64,000 bases of DNA, from positions 256,001-320,000 of the forward strand of contig CAWCTR010000007.1 in NCBI GenBank assembly GCA_963798485.1, in the 5' to 3' direction. This document shows, piece by piece, positions 9,227-17,901 of this stretch. Both the position numbers and the translations under genes were made by a program. Numbering within the stretch: position 1 is the stretch's first letter; each line of letters opens with the position of its first letter. The DNA comes from an uncultured delta proteobacterium (lineage in GTDB: Bacteria; Desulfobacterota; Desulfomonilia; UBA1062). The notes under the pieces were generated by a model. It worked only from the letters and a program-made list of their open reading frames with translations, searched no databases and was not told the origin of the DNA.

Positions 9227-11167
9227 TTGCGCCTTGAAGCGTTTGGAATACAGTGGTCTGAAATGACCACCTTGGTAAAGCCTAGCCAGCAGCCAAGTAC
9301 CGAGTCTTGCGTGGTGAGCGGTAACAATCACTGCGAAGCGTAGACAGGAAGGTGATAGGCCGGAATCGAAAGATGAAGAGGATAATTAGCCCCGAAATCG
9401 AACGTGTTTGAAGCAGTCGACCTTATCTCTCTATGGGGAAGACAACAATCTCATGGTCGCTTAATGGCAAGAACATGAGATTGCTTCCGGGGTACGAACC
9501 TACGGCATGTTACCAAAGGATTCCAAGTGAACAAGGGAGATCCGGCGAACCCAGGCGGAGCCTGTAGGAACAAACAAGCCTACAAAGCGAGGATGTTCCG
9601 ACGGTTTGTCGGAAGTCGGACTGGCTGATAGTACTCAGAGACAGGGAGAGCCTGTTACAAGGGGAAGCGGCCAGCGGGATTTGAGCTCTTCTAAGGAAAC
9701 ATGAGCTCCATACAAAGGGAGGATACGAGCCTTAATGCAAAGTAAGGATAACTCAGTCATGGGAACGGGATTAGAAGGGATAGCAGCAAAAGCTCGAAAG
9801 GAAACAAAGCTCAAGTTCACGACATTATGCCATCATGTCACCCGAGAGTTGATCTGGAAGAGTCTGAATAGCATTCCTAAACAATCGGCACCGGGAGTGG
9901 ATGGTATCAGCGTGGAGGAGACGAAGAAGACATTCGATGCATGGATAGACGAGATGCTAACATCCATACACCGAAAAGCCTACCATGCACCACCGGTAAG
10001 GCGGGTTTGGATACCCAAGCCTGGGAAGACCTCCAAGAGGCCTATAGGCGTACCTTGTATGGCGGACCGAGCACTGCAAAGAAGTGTTTCGGTGGTTCTG
10101 TCAAGTATTTATGAACAGGACTTTCTGCCGTGCTCATTTGGAGGCCGACCGAAACTGAGTGCCCATCATGCCCTATCCACACTCAATGAAATCATAGCGG
10201 GCAAGAAGGTCAGTTGGGTACTCGAAGCAGATCTAAAGAACTTCTTCGGTAGTTTGAACCATGGATGGATAGAACGGTTTGTTGAACATCGAGTCGGAGA
10301 CCCGAGGATTATAAGCTTGATAAGGCGATGGTTAAAGGCTGGCGTCCTGGAAGAGGGCGAGGTGAAACCGGTTGAAGAGGGGACTCCCCAAGGGGGGTCC
10401 ATCAGTGTACTGCTGAGCAATATATATCTCCATTACGTTTTGGATCTTTGGTTTGAAAGGGTGATAAAACCCAAACTGAAGGGAGAAGCCTATCTGGTAA
10501 GGTATATAGATGATTTTGTAGTATGCTTTCAGCTTAGGTCGGATGCGATCTTCTTCCAAAAGGTACTGGTAGAAAGACTTGAGAAGTTTAGCTTGGAATT
10601 AGAACCTGAGAAGACCCGGTTAGTGGAGTTCGGGCGCTTTGCCCAACGCGAGGCAAAGGAAAAGGGTAAGAGCCTGGAGACTATATACTTTCTGGGATTT
10701 ACCCATTACTGTACCCGCAACCGCAAGGGCAACTTTATGGTGGGTCGCAAGATAGAAAAGTCTCGATTCCGGCGGAGTGTTCAAAATTTACAGGCACTGA
10801 TGCGGGAAATCAGGCACTATTCCTTGGGAGAACAACTTGAGAAAATCAACCAAGTGCTGAGAGGCCACTATGCTTACTATGGAGTAGGTGGGAACGTTAA
10901 ATCATTGTTCAAGATTTACCGTATTGCCGAAAGATACTGGCGTAAGATGCTGAGTAGCCGGAGCCAGAAGAGCTACATAACCTGGGATAGATTCTGTTGC
11001 CTTAAGCAGGTGTTTCCGTTACAGCAGCCCAAGCTTTCTGTACCCTTCGGGAGGATGAAAGCACTCGCTGTGCTGTGAAACAAATTCTGAAGAGCGTAGT
11101 GCGGGAAATCCGCACGCTACGTTCTGTGGGGGTTGGGGCTGCCAATTTGCAGCCCCTTCTACCCGGC
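9227..11167 (+). mobile_element. Inner group II intron (bacterial class E-like) inserted between DV and DVI of the outer intron
   Basis: 5' ttgcg; conserved DI 'gagtcttgcgtgg...tgcgaagcgtagacag'; DV gagcgtagtgcgggaaatccgcacgctacgttc (11092-11124); DVI ends tacccggc; candidate EBS1 ctctct (9427-9432) pairs with exon aggggg (9221-9226). Confidence 0.87.
9735..11078 (+). CDS. ltrA: Group II intron reverse transcriptase/maturase (class E-like, no endonuclease)
   Basis: 'KFTTLCHHVT', 'APGVDG', 'LEADLKNFFGSLNH', 'GTPQGGSIS', 'RYIDDF', thumb 'LRGHYAYY'. Confidence 0.93.
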   Translation: MQSKDNSVMGTGLEGIAAKARKETKLKFTTLCHHVTRELIWKSLNSIPKQSAPGVDGISVEETKKTFDAWIDEMLTSIHRKAYHAPPVRRVWIPKPGKTSKRPIGVPCMADRALQRSVSVVLSSIYEQDFLPCSFGGRPKLSAHHALSTLNEIIAGKKVSWVLEADLKNFFGSLNHGWIERFVEHRVGDPRIISLIRRWLKAGVLEEGEVKPVEEGTPQGGSISVLLSNIYLHYVLDLWFERVIKPKLKGEAYLVRYIDDFVVCFQLRSDAIFFQKVLVERLEKFSLELEPEKTRLVEFGRFAQREAKEKGKSLETIYFLGFTHYCTRNRKGNFMVGRKIEKSRFRRSVQNLQALMREIRHYSLGEQLEKINQVLRGHYAYYGVGGNVKSLFKIYRIAERYWRKMLSSRSQKSYITWDRFCCLKQVFPLQQPKLSVPFGRMKALAVL

Positions 11168-11209
11168 GAACGGGGCGGTAACGCCCCCGACCTACCCGGT
11201 GAGTAAAAG

Positions 11210-12643
11210 GTGATGAGAACATTTTATAGATTTCGATCAACGCATACTTTGCTTGATGGCCGCCATGAGTTGGAGAACCAAGAGATTTATTTTGCATCAC
11301 CAGAAGAACTCAATGACCCCATGGAGGGCTTCAAAGACATTTATTGGCAAGGAGATGAGGTTGCATGGAAAAACCTTATGATTCATTATCTCCTCTGTCT
11401 GGAACACGTGTGTTCATTATTTATTGTTGGAGGTAATAGCGTTGCCATCAAGACAGGAGACATTCCTGTTTTCAAGACAGAAGAACAACTGCCTACTGTG
11501 CAATACAAAGGCTTGTTCAATGAAATAATGAATAAGTTCTTCGGAAATGAAATGATTAGTCAATGTATAAAGAATCTTTCGAGCAGGTCAAGCCCAGTAC
11601 GGCGAAGTGAGTTACTGACTTATATCAGAAGTTTTCATCCATATGCTCTGGAAACTATATTTGCTTTATACGAACGCCACCACCTAATTGATAAGCGTAA
11701 AGATACAGATCAAATTCGCCAGATTGCTGAAGAAACTTTGTCACACTCCCCGATCTTATTGGAACTTACAAATAAATTTGAAGAGGAGCATCCTGATGTA
11801 GAGCGTAGTGCGGATAAGCTTTTCTCTACTGCAGCGCATATAGCTTCACAACTCGGTTTGATTACGAGATACAATGTTTCACCTCCTAACGATGATAATA
11901 GAATATTCCTCCTTTTCGGCTTCCCCGATGGGTACATCCAAAGCATTGAGCGAATTGTGTATCCTGACTGGTATGCAGCCTGTTTCATGACAAAGTACAG
12001 CAACTCTTCCGTATGGGGAAATTATGGAAATAAGCATCAAGGTGTATGCCTATCTTTCAAAGCAGTGACCGATAATGATCGCGCTTATATCAAGCTTTAC
12101 GGAATAAATGGATGGGGTAGTTCTGGCCCAAGCTATGGGATAAGAGATCATACGTTCTATAAGATTGATTATGAAAAGAAACACGTCGAAGTCGATTTCT
12201 TTAGGTCTTTAGGTCGTCTTCCAAGCCCTGTATTGATGAAGTGTTGGTATACTAATGAAAACGGCTCAAGAAGTACTTGTGCTGACGACATTTTTAAATA
12301 CGAGGATCAGTGGAGGGAGAGATACTGGACAAAATTCTACCAAGGAATAACTACGAAGATTGTGGATTGGATGTATGAGGAGGAATACAGACTGATTCTG
12401 ACCGGTTCCATTTTGGATTATAGTGATCCTGAGAGCAGAAAGCTCAAGTTTGACTTCAATGACTTGGAAAGCATCACATTCGGGATAAAAACCTCAACAG
12501 AAGATAAACTAAAGATAATGAAAATAATTGAATCGAAATGTCGAAGCGAGAATCGGAAAGAATTCGATTTCTACCAAGCTCATTATTCCTGGCAAACAGG
12601 AACCATAGAACGTAGCAAAATGGATCTACTTTGCTTTGCATGA
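11210..12643 (+). CDS. DUF2971-like protein (integron gene cassette 2)
   Basis: 'FYRFR', 'YFASPEELNDPMEG', 'WGNYGNKHQGVCL', 'K..DW.YEEEYR', 'ITFG' motifs; AT-rich; followed by R'' box. Confidence 0.7.
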   Translation: MMRTFYRFRSTHTLLDGRHELENQEIYFASPEELNDPMEGFKDIYWQGDEVAWKNLMIHYLLCLEHVCSLFIVGGNSVAIKTGDIPVFKTEEQLPTVQYKGLFNEIMNKFFGNEMISQCIKNLSSRSSPVRRSELLTYIRSFHPYALETIFALYERHHLIDKRKDTDQIRQIAEETLSHSPILLELTNKFEEEHPDVERSADKLFSTAAHIASQLGLITRYNVSPPNDDNRIFLLFGFPDGYIQSIERIVYPDWYAACFMTKYSNSSVWGNYGNKHQGVCLSFKAVTDNDRAYIKLYGINGWGSSGPSYGIRDHTFYKIDYEKKHVEVDFFRSLGRLPSPVLMKCWYTNENGSRSTCADDIFKYEDQWRERYWTKFYQGITTKIVDWMYEEEYRLILTGSILDYSDPESRKLKFDFNDLESITFGIKTSTEDKLKIMKIIESKCRSENRKEFDFYQAHYSWQTGTIERSKMDLLCFA

Positions 12644-12646
12644 AAA

Positions 12647-12672
12647 TACTCATAACAAGCTAATCCAGCGGC
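12647..12672 (+). other. Truncated attC (R'' and L'' only) of cassette 2
   Basis: tactcATAAC-aagctaatccagcgg; no matching L'/R' arm visible downstream. Confidence 0.65.
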
Positions 12673-12811
12673 GGGTGGCCTTGGAATGAGAGGAAATCCT
12701 GGGTGACACGGGCGAAGCTCAAAGAGCTTGCCCGTGGGATAGGAAAGTTAAAGACGTAAGATTTCTCCCTGCGGTCGAAATGACAAATAGAAAGTAGTGA
12801 AGTGGTCTTTT

Positions 12812-13015
12812 GGGTTTTGTTGTTCCCCCCTTGAACCCGGTGAGCGAGTGCAGGAAAATCCGGGGGAAAGCGGCGTCTGTCTGAGCGGAGTGAAACGGAG
12901 CGAGTTCAGCCGCGGCCCGGATTTTTCAAGCGAGTGAACGTACCCGAAGGGCGGGTTCACGGGGCGCCTTTTCTTTCGTCACTTTCTTTTGGCACCAAAA
13001 GAAAGTGACAATAAT
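12812..13015 (-). repeat. Right copy of ~200-bp structured repeat (inverted relative to 5983-6186)
   Basis: Reverse complement matches 5983-6186; ends 4 nt from the asnS stop codon. Confidence 0.92.
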
Positions 13016-13019
13016 AATG

Positions 13020-14312
13020 TTACGGATATGCCCTATACATCATCCTCGGGAAGGGGATGGTCTCGCGAACGTGCTTGAGCCCGCATATCCACGACAGGGT
13101 CCGCTCGATGCCCAGGCCGAAGCCTGAATGAGGCACGCTGCCGTACTTCCTGAGGTCGAAGTACCACCCGTATCGCTCCGGGTCCAGACCATTATCGAGG
13201 ATGGACTTCATGAGGACCTCGGGGTCCTCTTCCCGCTGCGACCCGCCGATGATCTCGCCGTACCCTTCCGGAGCGAGCAGATCGGCGCACATGACCAGTT
13301 CAGGTCTTTCCGGGTGCTGCTTCATGTAGAAGGCCTTGACCTTCTTGGGATAGCACTCGATAAACACCGGCTTTTCAAAGAGCTGGGTGATGATGGTCTC
13401 GTCATCCCCGCCCAGGTCGGAACCCCATTCTATATCCGAGCCGTGCTTGCGCAGGATCTCGATGGCCTCGTCGTAGCTGACCCGGTGGAACGGCGGTACG
13501 ATCTTCTTCAAGGGCTCGATGTCACGTTCGAGCTTCTTCAACTCGTCGGCCATGTCACGGATCGTGTTCTGCACGATATAAGCCACAAAGTTCTCCTGGA
13601 GCTCCAGGTTGTCCTTGTGCTCGAAAAAGGCCATCTCTCCCTCCACCATCCAGAACTCGGTGAGGTGCCGCCTGGTCTTGGAGCGCTCGGCCCTGAAGGT
13701 GGGCCCCAGGCAGTAGACCTTGCCGAGGCCGAATATGGCGGCCTCGAGGTAGAGTTGGCCTGTCTGTGACAGGTAGGTCTTGCCCAGGTCGAAGTAGTCC
13801 ACGGAAAAGAGGTTGGATGAGTCTTCGCCCACGGTGGTGGTGAAGATGGGGGTGTCGATAAGGGTGAATCCGTTCTTGTAGAAGAACTCCCGCACATACC
13901 TGACCAGTGCATCGCGAACCCTCAAGATCGCGATCTGCCTGGGTGTACGCAGCCATAAATGGCGGATGCCCAGCAGGAAGTCGGGGCCGTGCTCTTTTTT
14001 GCCGATAGGGAACTCCTCTGACTTCTGGAGGATGTTCATGCCCGAGACATGCATTTCATAACCGCCCGGCGACCGGGCCTCTTCAACCACCTTTCCGGTG
14101 ACGATCACGGAGGACTCCAACGGCAGCTTCCTGATCTCTTCGTAGAAATCCCCCATGGCCTCTTTTTCGGCAATGGCCTGACAGATGCCTGAACCATCGC
14201 GTATGATCAGGAAAGATACCTTGCCGCTGGATCTCCTGTTGGCGACCCATCCCCTGATAGTCACCGTCTCGCCCACGTGCCGGGAAAAGCCTGATATCAA
14301 ATACTCACTCAT
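13020..14312 (-). CDS. asnS: Asparagine--tRNA ligase
   Basis: 'TIRGWV..RSSGK', 'YLSQTGQLYLE', 'FRAERSKTRRHLTEFWM', 'GSVPHSGFGLGIER'. Confidence 0.93.
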   Translation of the reverse strand: MSEYLISGFSRHVGETVTIRGWVANRRSSGKVSFLIIRDGSGICQAIAEKEAMGDFYEEIRKLPLESSVIVTGKVVEEARSPGGYEMHVSGMNILQKSEEFPIGKKEHGPDFLLGIRHLWLRTPRQIAILRVRDALVRYVREFFYKNGFTLIDTPIFTTTVGEDSSNLFSVDYFDLGKTYLSQTGQLYLEAAIFGLGKVYCLGPTFRAERSKTRRHLTEFWMVEGEMAFFEHKDNLELQENFVAYIVQNTIRDMADELKKLERDIEPLKKIVPPFHRVSYDEAIEILRKHGSDIEWGSDLGGDDETIITQLFEKPVFIECYPKKVKAFYMKQHPERPELVMCADLLAPEGYGEIIGGSQREEDPEVLMKSILDNGLDPERYGWYFDLRKYGSVPHSGFGLGIERTLSWICGLKHVRETIPFPRMMYRAYP

Positions 14313-14433
14313 GGAAGGCTCCGCGATATATAGTATTGAAAATATTTCATAACGCATTTGATATAGATAGATCAACTCCTATCAACAAGCACTGCACTTG
14401 AAAAGAACAGCGCCTTCATGGTATCTGTCTCCC

Positions 14434-14787
14434 ATGCATATAGCTTATAAAATTTGGATCGAATCCGGCGGCAAGGCGGTTTTCGGGATCGGGATATACC
14501 AACTCCTTATGCTGGTCCGCCAGACAGGTTCCCTCAAAAAGGCCGCCGAGGGCCTCAAGATGTCCTATAGGGCGGCGTGGGGCAAGGTGCGCGATTACGA
14601 GGCCCGGCTTGACATAAGACTGCTGGAGCAGGGCAGGCACGGCAGGACAGGCGCACATTTGACAGATGAAGGCAATGAAATAGTCGATCGATTTCACAAG
14701 ATCCTGGATAAGATGGATGCCGTTGTATCAGATAGCGCTATGATGGAGTTCATTGGCGAGATTGAGCACCTTAAAGGCGCGAGCTGA
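14434..14787 (+). CDS. ModE N-terminal-like winged-helix regulator
   Basis: 'KIWIE...VFG.G...LL...TGSLKKAA..LKMSYRAAW'; no TOBE domain. Confidence 0.8.
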   Translation: MHIAYKIWIESGGKAVFGIGIYQLLMLVRQTGSLKKAAEGLKMSYRAAWGKVRDYEARLDIRLLEQGRHGRTGAHLTDEGNEIVDRFHKILDKMDAVVSDSAMMEFIGEIEHLKGAS

Positions 14788-14796
14788 GTTTTATCT

Positions 14797-15255
14797 ATGC
14801 CCGGGATCGCCAGCAGAGTTATCGCCACCTTTTTCGGAACCGGATATTTCCCCAAGGCCCCCGGCACGTTTGCAACCCTTGCAACCCTGCCCCTGTACCT
14901 GATCCTCAGGCGTCTGCCGGCACCACTATACATCCTTTTTCTCACCAAGCTTATTGCCATTGGTGTCATCACGTCCGATATCATGGAGAAACAATGGGGC
15001 CACGACCCCTCCCGGGTGGTCATTGACGAGGTCTGCGGGCTGCTTGTCACGCTCATCTCAAGGCCCAAGGGTTTCAAGGAGATCGCACTGGGCACAGGGC
15101 TCTTCAGGCTTTTTGACATCATCAAACCGTTTCCGGTGGGCATCATCGATCGAAAGGTAAAGGGCGGCATCGGCATCATGGCGGATGACATCGCCGCAGG
15201 CGTCATGAGCGCCCTTATCCTGCTCTTTGTCCGCAAAAAAGGATGGCTTTCGTGA
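14797..15255 (+). CDS. pgpA: Phosphatidylglycerophosphatase A
   Basis: 'APGTFAT', 'DPSRVVIDEV', 'FRLFDIIKPFP', 'GIMADDIAAG'. Confidence 0.92.
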   Translation: MPGIASRVIATFFGTGYFPKAPGTFATLATLPLYLILRRLPAPLYILFLTKLIAIGVITSDIMEKQWGHDPSRVVIDEVCGLLVTLISRPKGFKEIALGTGLFRLFDIIKPFPVGIIDRKVKGGIGIMADDIAAGVMSALILLFVRKKGWLS

Positions 15256-16346
15256 AGGCATCGCTCGTCATCACCGGCAGCGAGATCATCACGGGAAGGC
15301 GCGTTGATGCCCTGGTACAGCCATTTGCAGCACAACTCACCGCGATCGGGACCACGGTTTGTGAGGTGAGGATGATCTCGGATGCACCGGACATGCTCTG
15401 CGGGGCCATTCTTGAGCTCATTGACACATCCGACCTGATCGTTGTCACCGGCGGGCTGGGCCTGACCCCTGACGATACGACCAGGCTCGCCATCGCCGCG
15501 TTGAAAAACCGCCGTCCGCCTTCTGCCGAGGCACAGATAGCAAACCCCGTAGGCTCTGCTTCAGGCATAGACCTCAGGTTCGGTACCTGCCGGGTGGTGT
15601 TTCTACCCGGCGTGCCGAGAGAATCTCATGCCATGTTCCCCCTTGTTCTTGATGGTGTAGCAGGAGAGATTCCCGCTACTGTCGAGATTCCGGTCTTCGG
15701 TTTGCGGGAGGTACAGATCGCCGAGCGCATCGGGCCATTGGCCGAAAGGTGCGGCTATCTGCCGAGCGAAATGGAGATCGCCCTGGTGGCGCCCGCCGAC
15801 CTGGAGGCTCAGATACGCTCTATCCTGGGCAGGCATGCCCTGGAAAGGAAAGGCCTGGCGCGCACGTTGGGTGAATTACTCAAGGCCAGGGGGCTGACCT
15901 GCGCTGCGGCCGAGTCCTGCACCGGCGGGCTCATCTCCCATCTCATCACCCAGGTGCCGGGCAGCTCGGAGTATTTCCTCGGATCAATCGTGTCTTACAG
16001 CAACGAGGTCAAGGCAGACGTCCTTAAGGTCAGCCGGGAGGACATCGAACGCTTCGGCGCGGTGAGCGAACAGGTGGCCCGGGCCATGCTCAAAGGGGCG
16101 CTCAGGCTTACCGGGGCGGATGTGGGCATGGCCGCTACGGGCATTGCAGGCCCGGACGGCGGCAGCGGCGAAAAGCCCGTTGGCACGGTGTGGATCTGCG
16201 TTGGCACGGCACAGAGTCAGGAGGCGCAGATGATGCGCTTTTCCTTTGACCGTGAAGGGAATAAGATGATCAGTGCCAAGACCGCGTTGTTTATGCTAAG
16301 AAACCTTATCCATGATCAGGACATTCATTGCGCTGACCATTCCTGA
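15243..16346 (+). CDS. cinA: CinA family nicotinamide-nucleotide amidohydrolase
   Basis: MoCF domain 'TGGLGLTPDD', PncC 'AESCTGG', 'GAVSEQVA', 'TGIAGP'. Confidence 0.88.
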   Translation: MAFVKASLVITGSEIITGRRVDALVQPFAAQLTAIGTTVCEVRMISDAPDMLCGAILELIDTSDLIVVTGGLGLTPDDTTRLAIAALKNRRPPSAEAQIANPVGSASGIDLRFGTCRVVFLPGVPRESHAMFPLVLDGVAGEIPATVEIPVFGLREVQIAERIGPLAERCGYLPSEMEIALVAPADLEAQIRSILGRHALERKGLARTLGELLKARGLTCAAAESCTGGLISHLITQVPGSSEYFLGSIVSYSNEVKADVLKVSREDIERFGAVSEQVARAMLKGALRLTGADVGMAATGIAGPDGGSGEKPVGTVWICVGTAQSQEAQMMRFSFDREGNKMISAKTALFMLRNLIHDQDIHCADHS

Positions 16347-16863
16347 AGAAGTCAAGGCCGCCCTCGTCACTGCCATGAATGAGCTCAGGGCAAAGAACCA
16401 TGCAGTGAGATGGGTGAAGCCCGCAGGGCTCCACATAACGCTCAAGTTCCTGGGCGATATTCCTGAAGAGACCGCCTTCCCTCTTGCCGCCGACCTCGAC
16501 AAGGCGGCGGCGCTGTGCCCGCCCCTTACGCTCGGGCTAAAAGGCTTCGGGGCATTTCCCAACGTAAGGCGGGCAAAAGTCGTATGGGTGGGGCTTGAAG
16601 GGGACATGCACGAGCTTTCCAAGCTGGCCTTGAATATTGACAAGATGTGCATCGCCTATGGGGTTGCAGGTGAGAAAAGGCCCTTTTCCGGACATATCAC
16701 CCTTGGTAGACTAAAGGCGCCGACTATGGTAGATCTTGCTATCAATCCCGTAAAGGGGTTGTTCAATGCATCACAGGTCCTGTTGTATCAAAGTGTATTG
16801 TTGCCCGGCGGCGCTCAGTATACCGTACTCCACAGAAGCAGCCTGGGAAGTAAAGGAGGATAG
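16312..16863 (+). CDS. thpR: RNA 2',3'-cyclic phosphodiesterase
   Basis: Two HxT motifs 'HITLKFLG' and 'HITLGR'. Confidence 0.88.
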   Translation: MIRTFIALTIPEEVKAALVTAMNELRAKNHAVRWVKPAGLHITLKFLGDIPEETAFPLAADLDKAAALCPPLTLGLKGFGAFPNVRRAKVVWVGLEGDMHELSKLALNIDKMCIAYGVAGEKRPFSGHITLGRLKAPTMVDLAINPVKGLFNASQVLLYQSVLLPGGAQYTVLHRSSLGSKGG

Positions 16864-16865
16864 AA

Positions 16866-17882
16866 ATGGAAGAAGGCAGAAAGAGGGCATTGGAAGAGGC
16901 CATATCCAAGATCGAGCGGTCATTCGGCAAGGGGTCCATCATGCGCATGGGCTCGGATGCCATAGGCAAGGGGGTGCCTGTCATCTCCACAGGGTCGCTC
17001 CTGCTCGACTTTGAGGCGCTTGCCATCGGCGGCATTCCCAGGGGCAGGGTGACCGAGATCTACGGCGCGGAATCCTCGGGAAAGACAACCCTATCGCTTC
17101 ACTGCATCGCATCCACCCAGGCGGCCGGCGGGGTGGCGGCGTTCATAGACGCGGAGCATGCCCTTGACGTGACCTATGCCCAGAAGCTGGGCGTCAACAT
17201 CGACGACCTCCTGGTCTCCCAGCCCGACTCGGGCGAGCAGGCGCTGGACATCGCAGAGACCCTGGTGAGATCCAATGCGGTAGATATCGTGGTGATCGAC
17301 TCGGTGGCGGCCCTGGTCCCCCGGGCGGAGATCGAGGGCGACATGGGCGATTCACACATGGGCCTGCAGGCCAGGCTCATGTCGCAGGCCCTGCGCAAAC
17401 TCTCCGGGGCTATCTCCAAGACCAAGACCACCGCAGTATTCATCAACCAGACGCGCCAGAAGATCGGTGTGGTCTATGGCAATCCCGAGACCACGACAGG
17501 CGGCAATGCGCTGAAGTTCTATGCCAGCGTCAGGCTCCAGATCAAGAACGTCGGCCCCATAAAGGACGGCGACAAGATCATCGGAAACAGGACCCGGGTG
17601 AAGGTGGTAAAAAACAAGATGGCGCCGCCCTTCAAAGAGGTGGAGTTCGATATCATGTTCGGTGAGGGGATATCGCGTTATGGTGAACTATTGGATGTGG
17701 CGAGTAATTCCGATAAGAACATCATTGAAAAGGCGGGCTCATGGTACACATACAACAAACAGCGTCTGGGCCAGGGCAGAGAGGCTGCCAAGACCTTCCT
17801 GAAAGAGCATCCCGAGATCTTCCAGGAGGTCAGCGAGGCTGTGAAAAAGAACTACATCGTGGCAAATGACGCCTTAGGTTAG
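16866..17882 (+). CDS. recA: Recombinase RecA
   Basis: 'GAESSGKTT', 'FIDAEHALD', '[12 protein letters not shown]', '[12 protein letters not shown]'. Confidence 0.98.
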   Translation: MEEGRKRALEEAISKIERSFGKGSIMRMGSDAIGKGVPVISTGSLLLDFEALAIGGIPRGRVTEIYGAESSGKTTLSLHCIASTQAAGGVAAFIDAEHALDVTYAQKLGVNIDDLLVSQPDSGEQALDIAETLVRSNAVDIVVIDSVAALVPRAEIEGDMGDSHMGLQARLMSQALRKLSGAISKTKTTAVFINQTRQKIGVVYGNPETTTGGNALKFYASVRLQIKNVGPIKDGDKIIGNRTRVKVVKNKMAPPFKEVEFDIMFGEGISRYGELLDVASNSDKNIIEKAGSWYTYNKQRLGQGREAAKTFLKEHPEIFQEVSEAVKKNYIVANDALG

Positions 17883-17901
17883 CCTGCCTTAGGAGAGAGA
17901 G

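Larger units (their letters stand above)
6992..11200 (+). mobile_element. Outer group II intron (chloroplast-like class), inserted in attC R'; interrupted by an inner intron
   Basis: 5' tcgcg; DI stem tgcataatcga/tcgattatgca; DV gagccgtatgatgggaaactatcacgtacggttc (9185-9218); DVI resumes at 11168 and ends cctacccggt; removal restores gttatgagta, the exact complement of tactcataac (12647-12656). Confidence 0.87.

Noticed and set aside
7399-11078. Retron, DGR or CRISPR-associated RT system
   Set aside because: Both RTs have group II intron motifs with their own DV/DVI; no TR/VR pair, msr-msd or cas genes
5612-13020. tRNA-targeted integrative element with attL/attR
   Set aside because: No duplicate of the tRNA 3' end and no integrase seen at either side
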